Counted from the stretch's first letter, positions 45,986 to 59,336 are shown. The stretch is DNA of 64,000 nt from Gekko japonicus (GCF_001447785.1 NW_015165833.1:806608-870607); one strand, 5' to 3'. Made by a program: numbers and translations. The notes: generated by a model not told the origin, from the letters alone.

Positions 45986-47224
45986 CTCAGGAGGGGTGCC
46001 ACCTGACAAGGTGAGTCCCCTCTTTTCTACCTTCAAAGGATCTTGAGCTGCCTGTTTCCCAGTCTTTGAACTCCCCCAGGTATTTGGCACTCGGTGTGCC
46101 CTCTCCCCATACACTGCCATGGGATTGTGTGCACATGAAGGATGACTCTGACAATAAGGGAAGTTGATGGAGAACTGATTCCTGTGTTACATTCAAAAAT
46201 GCACCTGAGGGTGGTGAAGGTTCAGGACTGGGGGTTGGGTGGCATGGGGCCTGTTCATGTGAATGCTTTTGTATGTTGCAGTCCTGTGGCAAGATCCCTG
46301 CTTAGGTATTCTGATTTATTCTGTGCCTCATTTCAGCCTATCTGAGGCTCGATACTGGTTGGGCTTCCGTAGAGCCTGGCCTCCTCTTGGGCTGCTCTGT
46401 GTAAGCTGCAGGTACCCCCTTCTCTGGTCTCATGCAGAGATGGGTGAGAAAGAAATCCATCATTCCAAAACCCGACTTCTCTGAGTTAAAGGCAAAACCA
46501 AGCCTGGCTGTTTTCAAAGGCACCAAAGTGGATCATGATGAGAATAGAAAGGCTTCATGGAGGCTGTGTATTTTCCAGTTTAATAAATAGTTGGCTGTCA
46601 TCTTTTGTCTCCTGCAATAAAACAGTAAATAAAACACAGAATCAGCCACAGGCTGCGCTAAGCGAGGGAGGCCTTTTGGGACCCAGCGTCCGACTTGCCT
46701 GCTGCTTTTCTGCATTGAATTGAGAGCAATCAAAAAGCTGATGTTGGGAGTCCTCCCTTGAAATCCTGCCTGGGCCCCAGGAGCATCTTTCCCACTCCGG
46801 AAGAGTGGTCACACATCACTTGGCCAGTGGCTGCAACAGAAGTAGCCTGTTCGTGCTGGGGCTTGAAGCAGTGGGGTAGATTTCCAAATGAATGAGGCTC
46901 CAATCCCTATTTCGCAGTGCTGAGTTCTGTATGAGGAACCGGCACTGGCTTTGGCCAAATCTCTTCAGGTGCTAAAAATGTTCTGCTTCAACAGAAACAG
47001 ATCATGGCTGCGGAGGTTAGAGCTCAGTCTGGCCCATCAGGAGGGCTTGGCCTGCTGTCTTTTAAATACAAGACATTCTACTTGAAAACCCTATGCTAAG
47101 TAGTCCCTTTCCTTGGCATGCTGCTGCTTTGCGTGCTTTGACAGAGAACCCCCGCAGAACACTAAAATCTCCCTCCTCTGACTCCAAAGATTTTTGGTCC
47201 TCACACTTATTTATCCAGGGTGAT

Positions 47225-47406
47225 GTGGAGCAAACGGATGAACCACCTAAGGTAGGTGGTTCACTTTTGAAGCGCGTCAACGGGGGAAGGGCCGGATCGG
47301 AGACGGGAGTGCAACGCCAGCCAGATGTTGGCGTGAGATCGCACCCGTTTGCTACGCTTCCAATCCGGCCCACTCCCGGCCCAAACTGCCTCGTATGAAC
47401 AGGGCC
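47225..47406. mobile_element. Partial Harbinger-like MITE
   Basis: CpG-rich; gaaccacct-aagg-taggtggttc palindrome; agcaaacgg/ccgtttgct inverted pair; ends tatgaacagggcc. Confidence 0.45.
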
Positions 47407-47734
47407 ATTGTAAGCTTCCTGAGTTCCACAAGGTAGAAAGGTGGCTAATAAATGTTTAAAATAAACAAATATTTTTGCCTCTCCAGTGTTACAGGATATG
47501 ATTTCTGCTCTTTGAACTGCCCCTTTCTTTTAAACTTTAAGTAAATAGGTCTTTGTTTCCCCCCACCCAATCTAAAAACCTGATTGGGCATTCCCACACA
47601 TCTTCTACACCACCTGCACCATTTCCCCCCTCGATAACTTTTTGATTTCAGAGACTAGGCAGTCTCCCTACCCAACAGCATCCACACTGAAGAATCTGGG
47701 ACTGCTGTAAGTATGTATGTATTCACTTATTAAA

Positions 47735-48050
47735 TTGAATTTACTTGGCCACCCTTCCCTAGTAGGGCTCAGGGTGGTTTACAACAAAATACTATACAAT
47801 CTCAGATTAAAAGTAAATTAAACAACCCAATAAATACCAATGCATAAAACAACATAGTCAAAATGGCAAAAATACAGCATATATAGGATGGCGGAAAAAA
47901 TTCCAGCCCTGGGGGGAGGGGTAACGAAGGATGGGGACTTGTGTGAGAGTGCCAAAGGCTACCCCTGTTGCTGTCCTTGACCGAAGGCCCGGCAGAACAT
48001 CTCTGTCTTGCATGCCCTGTGGAATGTAGAGCCTTGGAAGGCACCCTCTT
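47735..48050 (-). mobile_element. L2 3' fragment
   Basis: ccaccttccc..gggctcagggtggtttacaa tail; ggcccggcagaacatctctgtcttgca resembles 4789-4800. Confidence 0.65.
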
Positions 48051-49922
48051 CATTCTGGGTAATCTTCTGAGACTCTTATCCCACATCCTGGAGCCCTTTG
48101 TTGATTTCAGCATCTCCTCTCCCACCCAGCCTGCCTCCCAGTTCGAAAGCAGTGATTCTCTGCTGGCATGGAGTGAGGTGGCAGAAGTGGGGGTTGCACA
48201 ACAGCCTTGTGTGGGAGACCCTTTTGTTGGCTTTGTGGCTGGCTTTTCTCCTTGTGCCTTCAGTGTTCATAGTTTGGATTCCTGTGACCATGCTTCTAAA
48301 CTCATGAATGCAGAATTGGCCTACGGGATGAGCCCAGAGGATTTTTGTTTCTTCAGGAGAAGATGTTCTGTGCCCTGTGGGAGCATGCCCTGTGGCAGTC
48401 TGACATTGCTGATGCCTGCAAAGATGCCAGGCAGAGGAGAGTTCCCAGAGAGATGCACCCCTTGCCCTGAAACCAAAGCAGGCAGTAAGGTGGAGGTGAA
48501 GGAGGAAGGCAGGGCAGACCATGGGGAGAGACGGGAAAGGCTTTGCAGAAGATTTGGGGGGAAGATCTGGTGGGTAAAAGATTCTGGGGAGAGGATGCCA
48601 AGAGGCAGCTCAAACTATAGTCTAGAGGTACATTTTAATTCTGAGAGACCTCCAGGCCCCACCTGGAGGCTGGCAACCCTAGTTAGGGTCACTGGACCCC
48701 ACCTAACCACAGAAAACAGGCTCACGTTCCCTGAATGGTCAGACTGGCAAGATCAAGAGGGTGGAGGAAGGGGCGCTTTGACAAAATCGAGCCAATGCCT
48801 TGTTTGCCCAGAAAAGATTCCCAGAAAGCACAGACGCCAGAAAACAGAATGAATTAATGATAGAGGCAGCCGAGGCAACAAGAACATCTAAGAGCAGATG
48901 CTTCTTGTCAGGGAAGGAGCCTTGATGGGGGGCTGCCTTTGATTTCCCCCACACCAACAGCTCTGACTCTGGCACTGGGAAGAGTGATTCAAAGCCCACC
49001 TGGAGAGGGTGGACCTTCCACAAAGGAACAGGACTATTCCAGAAAAATGCGGGTGTGTGTGTGTGTGTGTGGGGAGCTGCATTGCCTGCATCACAAACAC
49101 CCAGAGACTTCAGATACCAGCTCAGGGATCAGTCCTCCAAGCTCTGCCACAACCTCCCCCCTCCCATTTTATTTTGTACCCTTTCTTAGCTAACCTGCAA
49201 AACAAAATTTTTAGCCATCTGACTTATGCCCAAGAAGGTTCAGCTGGAAAAGCTCCAGAGGTAGCACACATTTTCACCTGTTTTATTTATTTATTTGGTG
49301 TGCTAAAATCGTGAAGCTTCACGCTTTCAGCTAAAACGCTCAGGAACCACTCAGCATGCACCAAGAGGAATCTGCTATCTTTAGACGTCACATTTCCATC
49401 CACTGGGGATGGAGAAAACCATGGCTTTTTTTTCTTTTTAATGTGCTAGATACCAGAAACAACATTCAAGCAGCTCAAGGGGATTCCATCAATACCCACC
49501 GTTAGGGTTGTCAGCCTCCAGGCAGGGCCTGGAGATTTCCCAGAATCACAACTGATTTCCGGACTATAGAGATCAGTTCCTCCGGAGAAAATGGCTGTTT
49601 TGGAGGGTGGGTCCCATATAAACCCCTGTGCTCTTGACTGAGTTAGCAGGTGCTAGCAGGACCCTATCAGAAGGGGGGAAGCACAGTGTCCCTCACCCCC
49701 TCATAGAGCGGATAAGTGTCATAGAACAACTTTTCACAAATGCTTGAGATGTGGACAGGTGTCAGCAGGTTATTTGCATGTGGGGTGGGCACGTCTAGTA
49801 GTTCAAAAATGGGGGTGTGGAAATATTCAAGAAGTTAACCATCTGTTAAAGCTCCATAATAATTCTAAAGTTACCCTGTTAGGTCTTTTCAGAAGGCACC
49901 CCTCCATGCTGGTCTCTAGTAG

Positions 49923-50111
49923 AATAGCTAGATCCAAGTCCAGTAAGCACCTTAAGAAACCAACAAGATTTTCAGGGCATAAGCTTTTGAGAGTCAAGGC
50001 TCCCATTGCCAAATGACAGTGTGTGACCAAGGAAACGTTGACTCTCAAAGGCTCATGCCATGAAAATCTTGTCGGCCCCTAAGGTGCTAACTGGACTTGG
50101 ATCTAGCTGTT
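49923..50111. mobile_element. Penelope-like foldback element
   Basis: Inverted arms of about 80 bp (agctagatccaagtccagtaagcacctta / taaggtgctaactggacttggatctagct); decayed hammerhead-like centres. Confidence 0.8.
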
Positions 50112-50519
50112 AGGCCCTGTAGCTGATAAGAAAAAATTGAATATGATGTTAGATCTAATTTTGGCAGTTAAATGTTAATTACAAAAAACTGGAAATCAGA
50201 TCTGAATCTGAATGTCAAAAACTGGGTGAATAACATTTTGCAAATATTGAAACTGCTAAGATTAAGTGAGAGGTGGTGGACATTAAAAGGCTTCTAATAA
50301 CATGATAACCTTTCTTGTCTTTTTTGGCAGCAAAAATTAAATTTGAATGTATTAAATTGTTATATTAAGAAATCAGAAGAAGTAAACTATTGTCTTTTCT
50401 TTAGGTGTGGATGGTTACAAATATAGTTAATGAAAAAATTGGTATATGGTTTGTGTTTGCTAGTTCATATGTATGTGTGTATAAATAACAGAAACAACTA
50501 TTATTGTTATTGTTGCTGT

Positions 50520-51190
50520 TGTTTTATAGTCTGCCTGTATGATAAACTTTCCAGTCAATCAGTAAGCAGATTACAAAATATGATAACACCAGGCAATAAG
50601 TGAGTGGATTGCAAGAATCTTAACAGCAAAGAGTGAGAGACAAAATAATGCAGTTGGGCTGGGATTGTAGAAGGGGGGGGGGGGACCAGAACAAAGCATG
50701 CAAACCTATCTGTTTAAGGCAACAGGAGAATCATCGTGAGAAGGACTTCATCCCTAATAAATGTTACCTCTTAAAATGAACAATTACATTGCAGTTTTGC
50801 TTCTTCTATAAGAATGCCCTTCTGAACAGTTCTGTGTGCACATTTTGTAAAATGATAGGAGCATGTATTTGTGTAGGGTGGGCTTTCTGATAGCCTCAAG
50901 TGGATTGTTCCACAATGTAAGAGCCACCTTAGAGAATGCACATGGATAGGCAGTTGCTGGTTTTACCTGTTTGCAGGGTGGAACCTTCAGAAGGCTGAGG
51001 TGTCTCAGAACATTGCAGGAGAGGCTGTCCTGCAGATGCCTTTAAGGGCTTTGTAGGTGATTGTTAGAACCTTAAATGGAGCCTGCTCACTGGTCCATAA
51101 TCAACTGAGTGTCTGCAGAAAGGGAGTGATATGCAGATTGTGCTTGGGGCCTGATAGTAGCTAGGCTGTGATGTTCTGTACCAATGCTTT
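50520..51190 (-). mobile_element. Degenerate L2 fragment
   Basis: ttttatagtctgcct...gcagattaca tail; tgttccacaatgtaagagccacc, tttaagggctttgtaggtga and aaccttaaatgga are typical L2 antisense motifs. Confidence 0.6.
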
Positions 51191-52179
51191 AAAAACCCTA
51201 TAGCGTTTGGTCCTTCCCCGCTGTCTTTGCTGGGAGGAGTTCAGTGGCCTGGCTGCAAAATAATCTCAGGGCATCAGATGCTTCTCACGGACTCAGCCCC
51301 TGCTTGGGTTCCTGTCGTGAACTGGGCCCTTTGAACAGACCCAGTTTTTCCCGCCCAGCTTCCAACCTAGTTAAGAAACCACGTTGGCTGCTGCTAGAAA
51401 ACCTGCCACTGGACAAGAATTTACTCTATTGCACACACTGAAAAGCCACTGAATTCAGAGGGAAATCCATTTGTCAATGATTTTTAAGCCAAAGGACTTT
51501 TGGAGAAAGGTCTTCAGCTTGGACTGGAAGGCCTCCGGGAATGATGCTTCTCCTAAGGGAGGGACTTCCATGGTCTGGGGGTGGGGTTGCCACTCTCTGG
51601 GTGGGATCTCCTGGAGTTACAAAAGATCTGCCAGTGACACAGAGCAGCTCCCTGGAGAAAAGGCCTGTTTTGGAGAGCGTCTATGGCATTATACCCTGCT
51701 GAGGTCCTTCCTGCCCTCTCCAGGCCCCCTCCAAATCTCCAGGAACTTCCCAACCTGGAGCTGGTAAACCTGTCTGAGGGGTGGGGGTTGCTGAGGAGAC
51801 CCTCCTCTGTGTCCCACCAGCCTGGCCTTGGCGAAGTGTGGTTCCCGTGCAAGACTCCATGAATGGATCATAATTCCTGGGCTAATTGAAGTGGGAGGAG
51901 GCAGTCCTTAAATCTCCTAAAACAAGATCTTCAACGTGGTGAATATAGAACTAAAAGCTTCTAAATCCACAGTCCAAAAACAGTAACAGCCAGATGGGGT
52001 TGCACAAACGAACTGCCGGGGGGCTAAAGAAAATGAACCATTTTGCTTGGCGTCTAAAAGTATATAGACTTGGTGCCAGCAAATCTCTGAGTTCCAAAAC
52101 CTGGGTGTGTCCCTGTTGGAGAAGCCCTGTCTTAATCTTGAAAATAAACATAAATAAATAGCAGCTTACATAATTCTCT

Positions 52180-52340
52180 CCTTCATTTTATCTTCAGAAG
52201 ACCCCTTTGAGGAAGGTTAGGCAGAGCGAATGTGACTGGCTCAACGTCACCCAGCGAGCTTCCGTGGCATGATGAGGATTCAAAACTGGGACTTCCAGAT
52301 ACTTGTCCCACACTCTTAACCACTACATCACACTGGCTCT
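52180..52340 (-). mobile_element. Squam3-like tRNA SINE
   Basis: ctcttaaccactacatcacactggctctc head (reverse complement). Confidence 0.8.
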
Positions 52341-52989
52341 CCTGTAGGCACACACAGAGCAGACCCCCCCCCCCCATGACTATTGCAAGGGATGGGCAGT
52401 TAAAGTCAGTGGAATACCCACACCTTCCCTCCTCATTGACACCTCCACCTCAGTATTGACTTCCAAATCCCCACATTGCATAGCAGGATTTCTCCAGGAC
52501 AAATTTTGGGGTGGAAGTGAATCTAAAGCTATTTTATTACAAATAATTATGCACTTCCTGCCAACCTGTTCCATGCGGCTTCTTGGAGAAGGTGCAACAA
52601 AAACAGGGAAGGAGGAACAGAACAGTTTCCTTTCCTGACCTTTCTTGTCCCGGGGAGAAGGGGCTCTTTCACTGTGCCCCCCCATCCCGGCACAGTGAAG
52701 CATGATGGGGGTGACAGACTGCTCTTACTCCCCTTCCTTTCTGCACCAGAGCTTCCGAGATAAAGGAGAGCACCTTGTTTGTCTCCTTCCACATACCTCC
52801 AAGACAACCTCTTGCCTTTTGCAGAGTTTGGCCTCCTTGATAGTTCAAGAATTTTATATGCTGATTCTTCTCACAGCCAATTGTGAGATTAACCCCCCCC
52901 CCGCACAAACTTAAATACAAAAGACATTAAAACAATCAATATCAATAATAAAAACAATCAATATCAATCAGTAACAATCTGGTAATGGA

Positions 52990-53102
52990 ACAGGGGTCAC
53001 TGGGGGTGGGGTGGGGAGACATTTGTGAATTTCCTGCATTGTGCAGGGGTTGGACTAGATGACTCTGGAGGTCCCTTCCAACTTGATGATTTTATTCTAT
53101 GA
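52990..53102 (+). mobile_element. CR1 3' tail
   Basis: gggttggactagatgactctggaggtcccttccaac...attctatga. Confidence 0.85.
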
Positions 53103-54877
53103 ATGAGCCCAAAAGCCATCCAAAGAATGGTATACCCTTACAGAGCTAGGGTTGCCAACATCCATACACAGGGGATCAGGTCCTCGGGAGAAAATGGCTG
53201 TTTTGGAGGATGGATGCTATGGCATTATACCCCACTGAGGTCACCACCAGATTCCACCTCCAAAATCTCCAGGAATTTCCCAACCTGTAGTTGGCAACCG
53301 TATTACAGAGCCCAGACCTAACCAACTTTACTCATCTGCAATAGGGTTTACTTCCAGGTATTATGGTAACTTCTTTTTTAATCCCAGCCTTCTTCAAAAG
53401 ACTTCAGGGTAGCCTACCTAATCCCCCCACAACAAGGCTGTGAAGTATTTTGGGGCTGAGAGTTGGTGACAAGCATGGTTGAGTAGGACCTTGAGCTAGA
53501 AAACAGCTCAAAGTTTGCATCTGGTAGTCTGGGGTCAGGGATGTTCACTCCTCAAAGCTCCACTGATCCATGTACATGGCCAATGCGGTTAGCACAGATG
53601 TTGAGTTTTCTGTACCGACCAGCTATACTGTGTCTTGGTGGTGATCCCTGGTCAAAGCTTGTGGAGAAAGTCAGTAAATGGAAGGTCATCAAGAGGATTG
53701 CAACTGAGCTTGGTGTAGACTTCAAGTGGCCTTAAACTCCCCTGCGGAGCTGCAGAATGGGAATCATGGTGATGACTTTGTGTCGTCTTCACTGGCCAGT
53801 GGACGGATGTGTCATGCTTAATACGGGTCTGCTCACAGGGCTGTCCAGCCATTGGCTAGAATGTTGGATGGTGGGAGACAGTTTGCTTCTTGCTTAGCAA
53901 TTGGACTGATGCTCTCTGCACATTTCCCCTGCTATTATAGCAATTATAAGAACCAGGCATTTCCTTTATTAACTCATAGTGAAGAATCTGGGCCAGCTCA
54001 TGCCCTGAATGTGTACTGAGTGGCATGAATCCAGGCAAAACTTGCCTACCTGAGCTGCCTTAAGGGTATGCACCAGGTACGGGTGAAGAAGAACCAAGTA
54101 CTGCTACAGTACTATGGTTAATTCCTTGAGAACTTTGGAAGATGTGTCATCTTTGCCCATATAGCAGATGCTAGGCAGCTGTTCACCCCTGCGCTTAAGA
54201 GTTGCGTTGGCTGCCCGCTACAGACTCATATTTCTCTCTTTTTTATAACTCTGCATTCATAGGGCACATGATGATTTATTAGATAATCAATTTCTTTATC
54301 TACCTAATGCTTTCAAGTACTCCATCACTGCCAAGGCAATAAATCCAGCCCATGATTTTAATTCTGCCTTGGGTGCCCTGTGGGTATTTTGGTAAGACTG
54401 GCCTAGAATCTTCTGTGTTTGCCCTGCTCTTGGTCCTCCCTTTCCCAGTTTATGTGGTGCAAAGAGCTCCCCCTAAATCTTGGCTTGAATCAGGAGTTCC
54501 AAAAAAAGGTGCTGGTTTTGTGTGAGGGTCCACAAGTATTCAAACATCCAGTCATATTACTCTTGAACTGACCAATCAATGGGAGCAAATTAACTTGACT
54601 GGAGTTTTGTTCCTTTTGGGTTGTGGTGTGTTGCTCAGTCAGATTTTCCATCTGTCACAGGAATGTGAGCATCTTGCTTTCCAGAGAAATGTGACGGACC
54701 TCTTTGAATTCTCCCCAGCTGTGACTGAGTGGATTGAAAATTTAGACGTTCGGATTAAGGAGATTAACCAATTGGTCTGCATACCTGTTGTATCAACTTG
54801 GTTACGTATTTTATATTATTATATGCTTCCTGTGAGTATCTCTGTCATACGATAAATAAAATAAATAATAAGAATTA

Positions 54878-55085
54878 AGTGTGGTCAAATTGCAACCTAC
54901 CTATGGCACCCCCCTCTTGGGGTTTTCAAGGCAAAAGGTGAGCAGAGGTGGCTTCCCGTTGCTTTTCTCTTCATAGCAACCCTGGTCTTCCTCGGTGGTC
55001 GCCCATCCAAGTGCTAACTGTGGCTGACCCTGCCTAGTAGCTTCTAAGCTCTGACAAGCTCCAGCTATGCAGGCTACTGTGCTAG
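54878..55085 (-). mobile_element. 5S-derived SINE, subfamily A (degenerate)
   Basis: gggttttcaaggcaa...gtggtcgcccatccaagtgctaac..ggctgaccctgc. Confidence 0.75.
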
Positions 55086-56443
55086 TCAAAGACAGAAGGA
55101 AAAGTGAAGTGTTAGCACAGAGCATTACCTCCTGCCAACGGCCTACAGCTTTTGCTTGTTACATTGTAAGGTCTTATACTTTTCTCAGCGGCCTAAGAAT
55201 GGGCCCTTCATTGGCATCTGGATTATGTGCCCATTTATTAAGTTTTAATCAGTTAATTGATGGCTAATGAATTTTCTTTTAAAAGCCTCTCTAACTGGGT
55301 GACAGACTAAAAAAAAAAATGCTGTTGTTTTGGCCCTTCTTCCAAACGCCTGCATGGGATAAATGCCCCAGGAACTTGGGCTGAAAATGATTTTGCAGAC
55401 CTGGGATGGAGGCCCAGCCAAAGCTGGGCTATCCCTGCAACTTCACTGCATGAACAAGACTAGATATTCCAGTTGCCGGGGAGTTTGTGTTCTGTCCATT
55501 GTACTGGGAGAGGGCAACCCCCGCACCTGACGGAGCATGTGCTATGCCCGTCCTTCTCTGCATGCTTTTAAGGTCTCAGGTATACAGATTCTCCTTCCAG
55601 AGAGAACGGATCCATCCTGGGCCCACCGCTCCTGCTAGAGAGCAATGGACAAGACAGGCTTTGTGAGAAAGTATTGTTGGATGCTGCTGCTTCTGGGTGA
55701 ACAGGGTTTTTTTTTTGCCAGTCCAAATCCCCCTCCACCACTGGCTGCTTTTTAAGTTTCAGAACATGGTGGGTGCCTGGATCCCATCTCCCCTGGAGTC
55801 ATGTTCTGTCTGAACATTTGTCTGCCTCACCTGCACAGTTAAGGACATTCTGAGATGATGTACCCATTCATGAGTGGCAAAGGGGCTGTTCCACATGGAA
55901 GGAATTAGGTTGGAGATCTCTTGTGTGTGGGGATTGCCAGATACTAAAAGAGGCATTCTGTTACCAACAGGCTATCCCAGAAGTTTCCCCCCTTCAATTG
56001 CCACTCTGCTATTCACTGAGGGCCCATTTGTGTTATCTGTTTTGCTTGGCTCAAACCATGTCACTGTTTGTACTGTTTTGTTATATTGAAATATTAATGT
56101 TGCTTTGGCTATTTGATTTTGAAGTGGAACTCGTTCCTTTCGCCCGCTGCGAAGCTGTTTTACATTTTGAGTACCTGGCTTCTGGGGCCAGATCCATTTC
56201 TCCCAATTAGACAGAAAGCAAATTGCGCACTAAAAGCTGTAACCCTGCCCAATTTGCATCTCATTATCCATAATACTGTCCATTATGAATTCGCATTTAA
56301 TTTTAGTGCATTTTGAAGGCAACTTTAAACCTAATTAAATTTTGCTTCCACCCCCCCAGGAACATGCTGCAGCTTTTTCTCCCCCCCACCCCAAAACACC
56401 CATCACTCTGGCTGCAATAGCAGCTGATTCATAACAGGAAAGC

Positions 56444-56446
56444 ACA

Positions 56447-56480
<34 letters not shown>
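56444..56480. repeat. (CA)n microsatellite
   Basis: Direct reading. Confidence 0.95.
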
Positions 56481-56482
<2 letters not shown>

Positions 56483-56853
56483 GTTGCTGGGCTAATAGCC
56501 CTGGCAGATGCGCTCTCTGCCTCCATCTCATCTTGCTCTTAAATAATAGCCTTGCTTTGTAATTCTGATTCCCATATGCTGGCTCATCCAAATCCTGGTT
56601 TTTGGAAATTAAATGACTTTTCTCAAGTTCTGCCATGAAAATAGGAGTCCTGGCCTCTCTTCTAACTAAGGTTGTGCTTTCAGTCTTGTATGGAAGCCAA
56701 CTGGAGATGTTGCTCAGTTACAGTATAACAGAAGGGGCTTTTTTTAAAGGAAAAGGTTGAATGGCTATTGCCGTTTGTAGTGTTGGGCTCCCTTCCAAGG
56801 ACTGGGCAGAGAGAAGGAACATCAGGGCTTCCTCTTGGGCGGGTTGTATAGAG

Positions 56854-57518
56854 CAGTGTTTCCCAACCTGTGGGTAGGGAGGGACCCGAGAGTGAGTCGC
56901 AAAGCCACTGAAAGTGGGTCATGGGCCNNNNNNNNNNNNNNNNNNNNNNNNNNNNNNNNNNNNNNNNNNNNNNNNNNNNNNNNNNNNNNNNNNNNNNNNN
57001 NNNNNNNNNNNNNNNNNNNNNNNNNNNNNNNNNNNNNNNNNNNNNNNNNNNNNNNNNNNNNNNNNNNNNNNNNNNNNNNNNNNNNNNNNNNNNNNNNNNN
57101 NNNNNNNNNNNNNNNNNNNNNNNNNNNNNNNNNNNNNNNNNNNNNNNNNNNNNNNNNNNNNNNNNNNNNNNNNNNNNNNNNNAACCAAGATCTGACCCTG
57201 GAAACAGAATCTTAAGGGCTTTAGAAGGAGTAAGCGAGAAGGAGAGGATGGTCAAAGGCTGGAATGTAGCCTCCATATGCAAAGGCTGTGTATGCTGAAT
57301 TGCTACTTGCTTGAGGTTCATAGTGGAGGCAGCTGCAGCCTCTGTGTGATAGTTGCTGGTTTCTCCAAAATGTCTGGTTAGCCACTGTAGATAATGGAAT
57401 GCTGAACTAGATGGGTGCCAAGGTCACAGTTTGCCTAGGGTGCCAAAAAAACCTCTTGGGCCATACCAAGTAAATTTGGACTTGTGGGTCACCGTTCCAA
57501 AAAGGTTGGGAACAGCTA
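56854..57518. mobile_element. hAT-Charlie-like non-autonomous element (contains an N gap and a probable CR1 tail piece)
   Basis: CAGTGTTTCCCAACCT / AGGTTGGGAACAGCTA; TSD GTATAGAG / GTATAGAA (7/8). Confidence 0.7.
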
Positions 57519-58226
57519 GTATAGAAGAAGAGCCAGGCGGCCATCATGGATTGTTCTTACCTGGGGGGAGGGCTGGAGCAGCATCATGAACATGTCCACA
57601 CACCAGAGAAGAAATGCAGCACTTTGTTTCCTGAAATGTGGCGTGACCTATGAGACAGCATGTGGGTCGGTCTCAAGAACAGCCACCTGGCTTAGGCTCT
57701 TGCCTCACTGGTGGCATTTGATGCAGCAGGATTCACAGGAAAGAAGAGCCAAAGACATATTTGCTGGGGCAGCCCTAAAGAGCAGAGCAGTGTATTAATG
57801 AGCATTCTGTGCAAGGATAACCTGAATTGTATTTTAAGGGACGCTTGTTTCTATGTGCAGTTCATTCTCTTTTGCATAATCTTATTTGACTTTTGCAAGC
57901 CATGGGGAAGGGCTCTGCAGGACGTTAAAGCTCCATCCCAGCTCACTGAAAAGCTCATTCTGACCTTACCAGGGCTTCTGAGAATACACTAGCCATTGCC
58001 TGCCAGTTTTCAAGCAGATATTTCCAACTATGAGGTCTAGAAACCTGGGATTTGGGGGGGGGGAGTATGTGTGTGTGTTTTACAAAAAAAAAAAAAAAGC
58101 TGCAGCTCCCTGGAAGCTGAACTCTGTCTGCAGTTCTACAACCCCTACATTTGTGTGCTTGTGCACAAGAGTGTGATTCGCATGCAATAGAGGGAAAAGC
58201 TTTTGGAATGAGACCAGCCTTGGTGT

Positions 58227-59243
58227 TTGGTGGAGCATAAAGGACAAGTCCTTTTATGGATCAAAAACTGGCTAATTAATAGAAAACAGAGAGTGAGTAT
58301 AAATGAACAATTTTCTCAGTGGAGGGTGGTAAGCAGTGGGGTACCGCAGGGATCAGTACGTGGTCCACTGCTTTTTAACTTGTTCATTAATGATTTGGAG
58401 ATGGGAGTAAGCAGTGAAGTGGCTAAATTTGCAGATGATACGAAGTTGATCAGGGTGGTGAAAACCAGTGAGGATTGTGAGGCACTCCAAAGGGATCTGT
58501 CAAAGATGGGCAACTGGGCGTCAACATGGCAATTGGGGTTCAATGTGGCCAAGTGCAAGGTGATGCACATTGGAGCCAAAAATCCTAAATATAAATACAC
58601 GTTGATGGGGTCTGAACTGGCAGAGACTGATCAGGAGAGAGATCTTGGTGTTGTAGTAGATAACTCACTGAAAATGTCGAGACAGTGTGTGACTGCAATA
58701 AAGAAGGCCAATGCTATGCTGGGGATTATTAGGAAGGGTATTGAAAACAGATCAGCCAATATAATAATGCCCCTATATAAATCAATGGTGAGACCTCATT
58801 TGGAATACTGTGTGCAGTTCTGGGCACCACACCTTAAAAAAGATATTATAGCTTTGGAAAAAGTGCAGAAAAGGGCAACTCAAATGATAAAAGGGTTGGA
58901 ACACTTTCCCTATGAGGAAAGGTTAAAGCGCTTAGGGCTCTTTAGCTTGGAGAAAAGACGACTGAGGGGTGACATGATCGAGGTTTATAAGATTATGCAT
59001 GGGAAAGAGCAGGTAGAGAAAGAGGTACTTTTCTCCCTTTCTCACAATACAAGAACCCGTGGGCACTCCATGAAATTGCTGAGCGGTCGGGTTAGAACGG
59101 ATAAAAGGAAGTACTTCTTCACCCAAAGAGTGATTAACACATGGAATTCACTGCCACAGGAAGTGGTGGGTGCTACAAGCATGGACGGCTTCAAAAGGGA
59201 ATTAGATAAGCATATGGAGCAGAGGTCCATCAGTGGCTATTAG
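58227..59243 (+). CDS. CR1 LINE ORF2 reverse transcriptase, C-terminal 338 codons (5'-truncated, frame open)
   Basis: SGVPQGSV.GPLLFNLFINDL, KFADDTKL, KCKVMHIG, RPHLEYCVQFW, FSLEKRRLRGDMI, WNSLPQEVV; no internal stop. Confidence 0.97.
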   Translation: MVEHKGQVLLWIKNWLINRKQRVSINEQFSQWRVVSSGVPQGSVRGPLLFNLFINDLEMGVSSEVAKFADDTKLIRVVKTSEDCEALQRDLSKMGNWASTWQLGFNVAKCKVMHIGAKNPKYKYTLMGSELAETDQERDLGVVVDNSLKMSRQCVTAIKKANAMLGIIRKGIENRSANIIMPLYKSMVRPHLEYCVQFWAPHLKKDIIALEKVQKRATQMIKGLEHFPYEERLKRLGLFSLEKRRLRGDMIEVYKIMHGKEQVEKEVLFSLSHNTRTRGHSMKLLSGRVRTDKRKYFFTQRVINTWNSLPQEVVGATSMDGFKRELDKHMEQRSISGY

Positions 59244-59336
59244 CCACAAGGTATAGCTAGGGGCTCTGGGGCAAGTGATGCTATGGGCCTTTGGCCTGAT
59301 CCAACATTGGCATCTCTTATGTTCTTATGTTCTTAT
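58234..59336 (+). mobile_element. CR1 LINE, 5'-truncated, young
   Basis: Open ORF2 followed by a short 3' UTR and TCTTATG repeats. Confidence 0.97.

Noticed and set aside
47968-48852. 294-aa plus-strand ORF
   Set aside because: It runs through an antisense L2 remnant and a MITE and shows no recognisable domain; probably a chance ORF.
53541-54855. Protein-like short ORFs (SKLVEKVSKWKVIKRIATELG; ECEHLAFQRNVTDLFEF)
   Set aside because: No convincing acceptor/donor pairs and no family recognised; would need BLASTX or RNA-seq.
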